From: Chloroflexota bacterium
Lineage (GTDB): Bacteria; Chloroflexota; UBA11872
Assembly (NCBI GenBank): GCA_034422315.1
Contig: DAOUJT010000006.1
Span: 5,911 to 69,910, forward strand
Direction of reading: 5' to 3'
DNA: 64,000 nucleotides
A program made the position numbers and the translations under genes. Below are positions 57,101 to 64,000 of this stretch, in pieces (the first letter of the stretch is position 1; every line of letters begins with the position of its first letter). The notes beneath the pieces were generated by a model. The model ran no database searches, had not been told where the DNA came from, and was given only the letters and a program-made list of their open reading frames with translations.

Positions 57101-58457
57101 GGTTGTAGATGAAGGCCGACGCCTCGACCCGCGTGTGGTCGCGACCGTAGATCTGCTCGAAGGCCAGCGTCCAAAACGCCGTCGCACCCAGGACTAACGT
57201 GAGCGCTGCGCCGACGCCCCAGCCCGCCAGCCCGCGCAGTCGCCCGCGCCGCGCCCAGCCCCACGCAAACATCCAGGCTGCCGCCAGGGCCAGAACCGGG
57301 TAGACCGGGTGGAAGTAGCGCATGGTCTTGAGCACGAATGCGCCGAAGACCAGGACGTTCAGCCCGCCCCAGGCCAGCGGCAGCGCCAGAGGGTGCGCCC
57401 GCCCGCGCCACCACACCGCGGCCGCCAGGCCGAGCGCCGCAAGCGCCGCCAGGCCAAACGCGGGGCCCGCGCCCCAGCGGACGATCTGTTCCAGCGGAAA
57501 GAGCCAGGCGGCGGTCCCCGCCCACTGGATGCCGGGCGGCCAGTCCAGGGCGCCCGATTGGATGGCCTGCTGCTGGGCCAGGGCGCTCGAGAACGCGGAG
57601 GACAGCCGCCAGTCCCAGGGCCATGCCTCGGCGAAGGCGTAGGGCTGGAAGAGTCGAAAGGTCAGCGCCGCAAACGCGCCAAATGCGAGCAGGTGTCCCA
57701 GCCACAGGCCACGCCGCGCCCAGGTGTCGCGGAGCATTCCCTCGCGCAGCCACGTCAGCGCCCACCAGCCGGCAAAGAGCACGAGCAATAGACCGGTGCT
57801 CAACTTGCTGGCCATCGCCAGTCCGGCGGCGATACCGGCGAGTCCCAGGCCGCGGGTGTCGCGCGAGGCGGCGTAGCGAACCAGCAGCCAGAGCGCGAGC
57901 GTGGCGAAGAAGGTGGCGAAGGTGTCGACGGCGAAAAAGTGGGCGATCTGGATGGAGTGCACGGCCACGGTCATGAGGGCTGCCGCGATTACGGCCGGCC
58001 ATGGTCCGAGCAGCCGCCGACCCAGCAGGTAGACGAGCAGCACGGTCCCAAGGTCGAACAGGGCCGAAGAGGCACGGCCAACCAGGTAGGCCTCGTCGTA
58101 TCCGGTGCGGCCCAGCGCGCGCGCGAGCGACTCGACGAGGAACAGCGGGAAGGTTCCGTAGACGAAGAACGAAATGTCGTGGTTGAACGGATTCAGGGGC
58201 GAGCGGCCGGGATCGAAGTAGGTCCACACGTCCGGCGCGGGCTGGATCTGCAGCAGCACCGTGCTGAGGAAGCGCTCGTCCGGGTGCTGGTGCTGTCCCT
58301 GGTCCCAATCAAGGCCGATGAAGCGCAGGGCCGCGGCCATGGCCAGCACCACGGCGACCACACCCGCGTGCAACGTCAGGGCCGGCGCAGGTGGATGCGC
58401 GACCTGGCGCAGCAACCGTGAGACCGCTGTGGCCAGCGCTGTGGCGCGGTCGCTCAT
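54192..58457 (-). CDS. Giant (1421 aa) polytopic membrane protein with an internally duplicated architecture: two GT-C / DUF2298-like glycosyltransferase-type modules.
   Basis: More than 20 predicted TM helices. N-terminal ...DERFLSTV...YGTFPLFLVE resembles PMT/ArnT/DUF2298 families. The second half repeats a TM-bundle plus soluble-domain layout. Its start overlaps the birA stop (ATGA). Confidence 0.6.
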   Translation of the reverse strand: MSDRATALATAVSRLLRQVAHPPAPALTLHAGVVAVVLAMAAALRFIGLDWDQGQHQHPDERFLSTVLLQIQPAPDVWTYFDPGRSPLNPFNHDISFFVYGTFPLFLVESLARALGRTGYDEAYLVGRASSALFDLGTVLLVYLLGRRLLGPWPAVIAAALMTVAVHSIQIAHFFAVDTFATFFATLALWLLVRYAASRDTRGLGLAGIAAGLAMASKLSTGLLLVLFAGWWALTWLREGMLRDTWARRGLWLGHLLAFGAFAALTFRLFQPYAFAEAWPWDWRLSSAFSSALAQQQAIQSGALDWPPGIQWAGTAAWLFPLEQIVRWGAGPAFGLAALAALGLAAAVWWRGRAHPLALPLAWGGLNVLVFGAFVLKTMRYFHPVYPVLALAAAWMFAWGWARRGRLRGLAGWGVGAALTLVLGATAFWTLAFEQIYGRDHTRVEASAFIYNHVPSGSAIAVEHWDDALPLPLEGLGPDLFTHLQLRVYEPDDEAKRTHLIRTLSQADLVVLASDRGAATIPRMPQRYPLTGRYYEALADGSLGFDLLARFESRPTLGRWSIDDRAAEEAFSVYDHPTVSIYGRRGPGTSATIQRELGAVDLRGVMQVLPKDAVTRRTVLTTAEAARIQTQASWPSQFQDRPIGGAGAALAWFAAVWLSGLLAWPLVWPALRQLPDRGYAAARVLGPAVVVFPAWWLASTGVLRFDTPAILVGAGVVAAAAGIVVWRRGSEMRSSIATSTGPVLLIETLMLLAFGAMLILRARNPDLWHPVFGGEKPMDFAHLNAVIRSPVFPPHDPWHAGSRLNYYYLGHVPTAALARTLGILPATAYNLAVAGAFAATVAAIFGAAAGFWTLLGRRWAEAVAVGVAAVALVLLAGNLHVALQLVVFAQRAAGESGIAALEAPGLLVRGGLAESFDFWAATRVIPRTVNEFPWFTFMYGDLHPHLMNFANTGMALIGAVAILGLGEAARLKRVTGWPPWVAVLALQAFVLALHRVINPWDYPTYTVITLAALAYALWRGGSPGPRTLVVTLLGVGIGLSLASQLLFQPFHAAYVEFYGGFDPTPGTTPAAQWLLIFGLPVAVLASYAALRLVDGLRKRPSIARRASGLAAGALLLAGLMGAGADWSTRALIVGLLVLGATSAWPLRGDPRALAPLALLLAGVGLTAAPEFIVVRDDIGRLNTIFKSYLQAWTLLGLGAALALPCLVRVLRPRRGRRFNGARMAWSAGLVLLAITALSYPLLATPHKLDLRIQPLPATLDGEAFMDGGVIYDRGVPVGLSADQRAIEWLRANVPGAPVVAETPTTIYRWGGRVSVYTGLPTVMAWDWHAKQQHWGYVHEVEARFDDARELFATGDVRRARALLSTFNVGLVYVGELERSIYPAEALAKFDRMAAFGVREIYRDDATVIYRVDPTSQPAPAG

Positions 58458-59263
58458 GGACGCCGCGACTGGACGTCCGGTATCAGCCGCACGGAGACAT
58501 CGCCGCTGGAGATCCGCTGGAGATCGCCGGCCGCGTCGCGCAGGCGCAGCGCACCGTCGGGATCGAAGCCTTCAACCAGGCCGCGCGCAGACAGGGCGCC
58601 GCTCAGCCTGACCTGGCGGCCCAACAGCGCCGACCGGCGAACCCACGCCGAGAAGACCGCGTCCCAGGCGGCACCCTCGGCCGCCAGGCACTCCAGGACC
58701 CGGGCAACGCAGGTCGCCAGCAGGTGGTTTCGATCAAACGGCCGGGTTGCATAGGCGGCAATGGTCGTTGTGGCCTGCCCCTCGGCCATGCCAGTCCCGC
58801 TAAATGCGTTCAGCCCAACGCCAATCACGGCGGCGTTCCCGGATGTCTCAACCAGGACGCCTCCGGCCTTGGCCTCGCCAACGACCAGGTCGTTCGGCCA
58901 CTTGATGGAGACCGAGGCGCCTGTACACGCCTGGATCGCTCGCGCCACGCCCACCGCGGCCGCGATGGTCAGGCGACCCGTCGCGCCGGAAGCCGCGGAC
59001 ACGGGGCGCACGACGACAGAGAACAGCAGGCCGCCCGGGGTGGTGAGCCAACGGCGGCCCCGACGCCCACGTCCCCGCGTCTGGCGCTCGGCCGCGTACA
59101 CCGCTCCGTGCGGCGTGCCGGCGCGCAGGCCGGCCAGCGCCTCGTCCTGCGTGGAGCCAATGCGTTCCCACACGGTCACGGGTCCGTGCAGGCCGTGTGC
59201 CGACAGTCCCGCTTGAATGGCCGACGGGCAAAGCGACGTCCACTGAATCGGCGAGCTCTTCAA
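58454..59263 (-). CDS. birA: Biotin--[acetyl-CoA-carboxylase] ligase.
   Basis: RQTRGRGRRGRRW biotin-binding loop. KWPNDL motif. Confidence 0.85.
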   Translation of the reverse strand: MKSSPIQWTSLCPSAIQAGLSAHGLHGPVTVWERIGSTQDEALAGLRAGTPHGAVYAAERQTRGRGRRGRRWLTTPGGLLFSVVVRPVSAASGATGRLTIAAAVGVARAIQACTGASVSIKWPNDLVVGEAKAGGVLVETSGNAAVIGVGLNAFSGTGMAEGQATTTIAAYATRPFDRNHLLATCVARVLECLAAEGAAWDAVFSAWVRRSALLGRQVRLSGALSARGLVEGFDPDGALRLRDAAGDLQRISSGDVSVRLIPDVQSRRP

Positions 59264-59486
59264 CGGCTTTTTGAGCGGGGTGGCGACGCGCCCAGTTTCA
59301 CCGACGCCTGGTTCCGGCGAAAGACCGGGGCACGGCCGCGGCCCCGGTGGCTATACACTGGGCCAAGCGGTCAGCGACAGGTCACCGTTGACCAGTAGGC
59401 GGCGCCTGCGGCTTTGTAGCTTGCAGGCTTGGCGGATATGCTCCCCGCTGCCACTCCAGCTAGTGTGGCCATGTGGGGGAAAGACT

Positions 59487-59687
59487 GTGGCGTATAGCGT
59501 GATCAGCCAGAAGTCCGGACACACGTACCACTTGCACTCGCGAGTGGTGACGCTGCGCGGCGGTCGTCAGCAGCGCATCTATTACTTCGCCAAAACGGTG
59601 GGCGAAGGGGCGGTTGACGAGATGCCCGAGGGGTACGTTGTCTCGGAAAACCCGCGCACCGGGCTTCCCTTGCTCAAAAAGGGCTGA
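59487..59687 (+). CDS. Small hypothetical protein (66 aa, GTG start).
   Basis: GGGGGAAAG SD-like sequence upstream. Sequence KSGHTYHLHSRVVTLRGGRQQRIYYF. No family recognised. Confidence 0.35.
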   Translation: MAYSVISQKSGHTYHLHSRVVTLRGGRQQRIYYFAKTVGEGAVDEMPEGYVVSENPRTGLPLLKKG

Positions 59688-59689
59688 TC

Positions 59690-60172
59690 CTAGAGCCGCA
59701 GCTCGCGAATTCGACGCGACAGATAGCTTCCGCGCACACCTAGCCGGGCCGCCGTAGCGGCCGCCGAGCAACGACGCTCGCGGATGGCCCGCCGCACAAG
59801 TTCTTCCGGCAGCAGCAGTTCGGCCGCAAACCGATTCGCCTCCCATTCGAGGCGTTGGCGCCCGCACCGGCTGCCGATGTTGTGTGGAGTGCCCGCGTGC
59901 AGCACCCAGTGCCCCAGTTCGTGGGCGGCGGTAACGTTCCGGTCGGCGCCTGCCAGCCGCGTGTTGAGCACGAGCGCCGGACGTTGACCGTCCAGGTCGG
60001 CCAGCAGGCCGCGGATCCCGAGCGGCAACGGTTGTTGGTAGACGCGCAGCCGCGTTGCCGATTCGGCCAGGTCCGTGGCGTCGAGGATCGGGGCTGACGG
60101 CGCCAGGCCGCCCTGACGTCGCAGCAGGACGGCAGCCGCCTGGATTTCCCGGATGGTGCGACGGCGAGCCAT
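59690..60172 (-). CDS. ImmA/IrrE-family zinc metallopeptidase.
   Basis: HELGHWVLH (HExxH) followed by ...EWEANRFAAELLLP, typical of ImmA/IrrE. The longer ORF continuing to 60541 is Pro/Arg-rich and probably untranslated. Confidence 0.7.
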   Translation of the reverse strand: MARRRTIREIQAAAVLLRRQGGLAPSAPILDATDLAESATRLRVYQQPLPLGIRGLLADLDGQRPALVLNTRLAGADRNVTAAHELGHWVLHAGTPHNIGSRCGRQRLEWEANRFAAELLLPEELVRRAIRERRCSAAATAARLGVRGSYLSRRIRELRL

Positions 60173-60324
60173 GCCTATACCATACATATACCGAACATAA
60201 CCTCGCCGGACGATACGCCCGTATGCCGTGGACTCAGCCGGCTGACCGCCGGCTCGGCGCCGCCTACCATGCCCGCGTACCTTGACGAATCCGACCGCGG
60301 CGCCGAGGAGGCGCGAGCGCTCCA

Positions 60325-61704
60325 GTGACGACCGCCTTGCTTGCCGACCTTCAGCGACTCGGGGGCGCGCCCCACCTGCTGGTGCATCCCGATGAGCTTG
60401 TCGCTTATGGCTACGACGCCACGATGGGATACCGCGGGGCGCCGGCCGCCGTGGTGTTGGCCGAGACGGAGGCCCAGGTTGTCGAGGGTCTGGCGGCGGC
60501 GGTAGCACGGGGCGTGCCCTGCCTGGCGCGGGGCGCGGCAACGAGCCTGTCCGCTTCGGCCGTGCCGCCCGACGGCGCCCTGGTGATCGATACGAATCGA
60601 ATGCGCCGCATTGCGGACTTTGATGCGGAACGCCGGCGCGCCGTGGTCGAGCCCGGCGTGGTCACCCGCGACTTTCGAGACTTTGCCGCCGAGCGAGGTC
60701 TGTTCTACGCGCCCGATCCCTCATCCGAAGCGGCTGCCACGATCGGCGGCAACGTGGCCACCAACGCCGGTGGTCCATACGCCTTCAAGTACGGGGTCAC
60801 CCGCGACGCGGTCGTCGGTCTGCGCGTGGTCACGCCCCGCCACGGTCTGCTGAGCCTGGCGCGCGGGGCGGACGATGGCGTGATCGACCTGATCATTGGC
60901 TCGGAGGGAACGCTGGGCATCGTGACCCAGGTCACGCTCCAGCTTCGCCCGTTGCCGTCCCACCGGACCGTGCGCGCGGCCAGCTTCCCCGATGGGGAAT
61001 CCGCGCTGCGGGTGGTGGCCAGGATCATGGAAGGCGGCATCACGCCGGCCAAGCTCGAGTTCCTGGACGACATCACGGTCGAGTCGCTGGAGCGCTCGCG
61101 TCCCTGGGGATTCCCTCGCGATGCGGGCGGCCTGCTGCTCGTTGAACTGGACGGCACCGAAGCCGAGGTGCGAGACGAGAGCATCGCGCTGGATGAGTTG
61201 CTGAGGTCGGCGGGAGGCGGGATGGACCGCGTGAATCCCGACCGCGCCGAGCGTTGGTGGGAGGCACGGCGTGGAATCACGGCCTCGCTGGCGAAGATCC
61301 GGCCGGCCAAGATCGGCGAGGACATCTGCGTGCCTTACTCCCAGCTGGCACCCACGTTCGCGGCCATCAAGCAGGCTGCCGACGACGCCGACGTAGTGGT
61401 GGCGATCTTCGGCCACGCGGCGGACGGCACGCTGCACCCGAACATGCTCTACGACCCGACTGACGCGGACGAGCGCGAGCGAGCCCTTGGCTTGCTGCCG
61501 ATCGTGGCGGACGCCGGTCTGTCCGCAGGCGGCATTCTCTCGGGCGAGCACGGCCTGGGGCGGGTGAAGCAGCCCTTCGTCGACCGTGCGTACGACGCGC
61601 CCACGCTGGCGGCTATGCGACGGATCAAGCGCGCGTTTGATCCGGACAACATCATGAACCCGGGCGCCATGTGGCCGACGGAGTCAGTGGAAGCTCACGG
61701 GTAG
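60325..61704 (+). CDS. FAD-linked oxidase (GlcD / D-lactate dehydrogenase-like, PCMH-type FAD-binding).
   Basis: FAD-binding PCMH domain (…VVEPGVV…) and C-terminal FAD-oxidase domain (HAADGTLHPN, SGEHGLG). Confidence 0.8.
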   Translation: MTTALLADLQRLGGAPHLLVHPDELVAYGYDATMGYRGAPAAVVLAETEAQVVEGLAAAVARGVPCLARGAATSLSASAVPPDGALVIDTNRMRRIADFDAERRRAVVEPGVVTRDFRDFAAERGLFYAPDPSSEAAATIGGNVATNAGGPYAFKYGVTRDAVVGLRVVTPRHGLLSLARGADDGVIDLIIGSEGTLGIVTQVTLQLRPLPSHRTVRAASFPDGESALRVVARIMEGGITPAKLEFLDDITVESLERSRPWGFPRDAGGLLLVELDGTEAEVRDESIALDELLRSAGGGMDRVNPDRAERWWEARRGITASLAKIRPAKIGEDICVPYSQLAPTFAAIKQAADDADVVVAIFGHAADGTLHPNMLYDPTDADERERALGLLPIVADAGLSAGGILSGEHGLGRVKQPFVDRAYDAPTLAAMRRIKRAFDPDNIMNPGAMWPTESVEAHG

Positions 61705-61782
61705 GTCAGTCCGAAATAGCCGAGGGGCCGCGGCGACCGCCGCGGCCCCTCGTGTTGCCCGTTGCCAGCGGGCAGGTTGGCG

Positions 61783-63198
61783 TTACGAAGCCTCGACCGG
61801 GTAGGTCTCTTCGCCGTGTTCCGGCATGTCGAGACCGCTCATTTCCTCCTCGGGCGACGCGCGCAGGCCCATGGTGAGCTTCAGCGCGTTGAAGAGCAGG
61901 AGGCCGGTGCCCAACGCCCAGACGACCGCCACGACAGCGGCGATCAACTGCGCCACGAATTGGATCCCGTTGCCGGCAACGAAGCCGCTGACGCCGTAGG
62001 TGCCGTCGGCGAAGATGCCGACCGCCAGCAGGCCCCAGACGCCAGCCACGCCGTGGACCGAGGATGCGCCAATCGGGTCGTCGATCTTCAGCTTGGTGTC
62101 GATGAACCAGACGCCGACCAGCATGACGATGGCGCCAACCGCGCCAACCACCACGGCGGCCCAGGGCGCGATGAAGGCGCAGGGGGCGGTGACGCCGACC
62201 AGGCCGGCCAGCGCGCCGTTGGCGGTGTCGGCCGCGCTGATCTTGCCGCGCTGCACCAGCCGGATGTAGGCGGCCGTAACCGCGCCCGCGGCGCCGGCCA
62301 GGAAGGTGTTGGCAATGATGACCGCGATGCGCGGGTCGTTGCCGTTGACCGTGCTGCCGGCGTTGAAGCCGAACCAGCCGAAGAACAGGATGAACGTCCC
62401 AATGACCACGTACACCATGTTGTGGCCCCTGAGATCGCGTACCTCGCCGTTGGGTCCGTACTTGCCCATGCGGGCGCCCACGGTGTAGGCGCCGGCCAGC
62501 GCCAGCACGCCGCCGATGGTGTGCACCACGCCGGAACCGGCGAAGTCCACGGCTGCGGCGCCGATCCAGCTTTCCAGCTGCTCGCCGCCCAGCCAGCCGC
62601 CGCCCCACATCCAGTGCCCGTAAATCGGGTACACCAGCGCGGTGACCAGGAAGCTGTAGGCCAGGTAGGCGGTGACCTTGGTGCGCTCGGCCACGGCGCC
62701 GGCCACGATGGTGGCGGTGGTGGCGGCGAACACCATCTGGAAGAACCAGAACATCGCCGTCGACACGTCGTAGGCCTGGTTGACCAGGAAGAACCCGGAG
62801 TAGCCGATGAAGGCGTTGCCCTGGTCAAGTCCGGGGAAAGCTCCCGACCCGCCGAACATGAACGCGTAGCCGAAGGCCCAGAACGAGAGGCCACCAGCCG
62901 CGAAGTCCAGCATGTTCTTGGTCAGGTAGTTGACGGTGTTCTTGGCGCGGATGAGGCCGGCGCCCAGGAAGGCAAAGCCGGCCTGCATGAAGAACACCAG
63001 GGCGCCGGAAAGCAGCGTCCATACGAAGGTGAGGCCGACGGTTGGGTCGGCCTCGAGCGTGGCTTCGCCCGACGGGTCGGCCTGGGCGAAGACCAGGTTG
63101 CGAATGAGCATGAAGGCCGTGAGCGCCAGCAGCACGGCGGTCACCGCGCGAACAGTCAACGCCCAGCGGGGCGCGTCGCGCGTCCAGAGAAGCGACAT
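61783..63198 (-). CDS. amt: Ammonium transporter (Amt family).
   Basis: FFMQAGFAFLGAGLIRAKN...DFAGSGVVH Amt signatures. 11 TM. Start at MSLLWT. Confidence 0.85.
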   Translation of the reverse strand: MSLLWTRDAPRWALTVRAVTAVLLALTAFMLIRNLVFAQADPSGEATLEADPTVGLTFVWTLLSGALVFFMQAGFAFLGAGLIRAKNTVNYLTKNMLDFAAGGLSFWAFGYAFMFGGSGAFPGLDQGNAFIGYSGFFLVNQAYDVSTAMFWFFQMVFAATTATIVAGAVAERTKVTAYLAYSFLVTALVYPIYGHWMWGGGWLGGEQLESWIGAAAVDFAGSGVVHTIGGVLALAGAYTVGARMGKYGPNGEVRDLRGHNMVYVVIGTFILFFGWFGFNAGSTVNGNDPRIAVIIANTFLAGAAGAVTAAYIRLVQRGKISAADTANGALAGLVGVTAPCAFIAPWAAVVVGAVGAIVMLVGVWFIDTKLKIDDPIGASSVHGVAGVWGLLAVGIFADGTYGVSGFVAGNGIQFVAQLIAAVVAVVWALGTGLLLFNALKLTMGLRASPEEEMSGLDMPEHGEETYPVEAS

Positions 63199-63515
63199 CG
63201 TTGCGTGTCTCCGTTCAAAGAGAAAAGGGTTGAGTTCCGCGCCCGCGCGCCATCGCCGGGCATTCCCCATCGCCACGAGTCGTCTTCGGGCGCCTGCGCC
63301 GCACCTGCCGTGGCGGCACGTTGAGGGCGCGCGCCCCACGGGGATTCGTCCTCGATCCCCGCGCTCTGGACGTTTACATAGGCCGGCTCGCTTGACTCAA
63401 TTGGCGGAAGTTGGACAAGCGTAGCGCGCGAGCGACAGAACTGCGAAACGCGGCTGCCTCAGGACTGAATGATCGCGACGCGGATCGCGCCTGAGGGTGC
63501 CCAACCGTCGTTAGG

Positions 63516-64000
63516 CTACATCACCAGGTTTTCGCCGCCGTCCACGCCGATCACGTTGCCGGTGATCCAGGCGGCGTCGGCCACGGTGAGGGCGGCGATG
63601 GCGCGGGCCACGTCGTCGGTGGTGGTTATTCGTTTGGCCGGGTTCATGCGCCGGGCCTGGTCAATCATGGCGTCGTTGCCGGGGATCTTTCGTAGGGCTG
63701 GCGTGTCGGTCACGCCGGCGCGGATGGCGTTGGCCGAGATTCCCTGGGGGGCCAACTCCACCGCCAGTTGCCGGATGTGCTGTTCCAGGCCGGCCTTGGC
63801 GGCGCCGACCGGGCCGTAGCTGGGCCAGATGGTTGAGGTCCCGGCGCTGGTCATGGCGTAGATGCGCGAGCCCTGGCTCATCAGGCCGCGCTCAACCAGG
63901 TCCTGCGACCAGTAGACGAGGGTGTGAGCCATCAGGTCCAGCGTCATGTCCATCTGCTTGGAGGTGACGCCGGGCGTGTCGTCGGTTCCCACGTAGGGAA
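63516..64000 (-). CDS. SDR-family oxidoreductase (enoyl-ACP reductase-like), C-terminal part only. The gene runs off the window end.
   Basis: YGPVGAAKAGLE catalytic Y-x3-K region. ITGNVIGVDGG C-terminal motif. The reading frame is open to position 64000. Confidence 0.6.
   Translation of the reverse strand, partial: PYVGTDDTPGVTSKQMDMTLDLMAHTLVYWSQDLVERGLMSQGSRIYAMTSAGTSTIWPSYGPVGAAKAGLEQHIRQLAVELAPQGISANAIRAGVTDTPALRKIPGNDAMIDQARRMNPAKRITTTDDVARAIAALTVADAAWITGNVIGVDGGENLVM

Noticed and set aside
60172-60541. N-terminal 123-aa extension of the ImmA/IrrE ORF
   Set aside because: Pro/Arg/Gly-rich with no structure-like composition. The conserved peptidase domain begins at the internal Met at 60172.

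Overview
High-GC (~69%) bacterial chromosomal segment, densely coded on both strands. I could not assign a taxon from sequence alone. Many long antisense ORFs are GC-frame shadows.

Recognisable content, in order:
- A 5'-partial SAM-dependent methyltransferase.
- Two VOC-fold proteins, a Cys-type sulfatase and a secreted BNR/Ycf48-like repeat protein.
- An orphan RHH protein next to a hicAB toxin-antitoxin pair.
- A compact phage-like structural module (about 10.0-16.2 kb): capsid-like protein, three unknown structural proteins and a tail-fibre-like protein, with no terminase, portal or integrase nearby.
- Two paralogous repeat-containing membrane proteins immediately after it.
- tsaC.
- A 7-gene signalling cluster (about 20.7-27.6 kb): two STAS proteins, a REC-STAS fusion, a REC-PP2C phosphatase, an RsbW-like kinase, a LivK-like substrate-binding protein and a sensor histidine kinase. 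No sigma factor is present.
- A two-gene cassette: a 1265-aa Zn-ribbon/DUF559/RecQ-like helicase plus a coiled-coil membrane protein. I read this as a candidate defence system.
- Isoprenoid and hopanoid genes (polyprenyl synthase, dxs, hpnH, then hpnC-hpnD-hpnE-shc). A 3.6-kb insertion splits the cluster; it carries a MazEF-like toxin-antitoxin pair and a Type II restriction-modification system with an XRE regulator.
- gap and pgk, selB with a YkgJ-like protein, a 1421-aa duplicated GT-C-like membrane protein translationally coupled to birA, an ImmA/IrrE-like peptidase, an FAD-linked oxidase, an ammonium transporter and a 5'-partial SDR.

I found no rRNA, tRNA or CRISPR array by eye. The most unusual regions are the orphan phage-like module with its WCW-repeat membrane paralogs, the helicase cassette, and the fused partner-switch/two-component operon.
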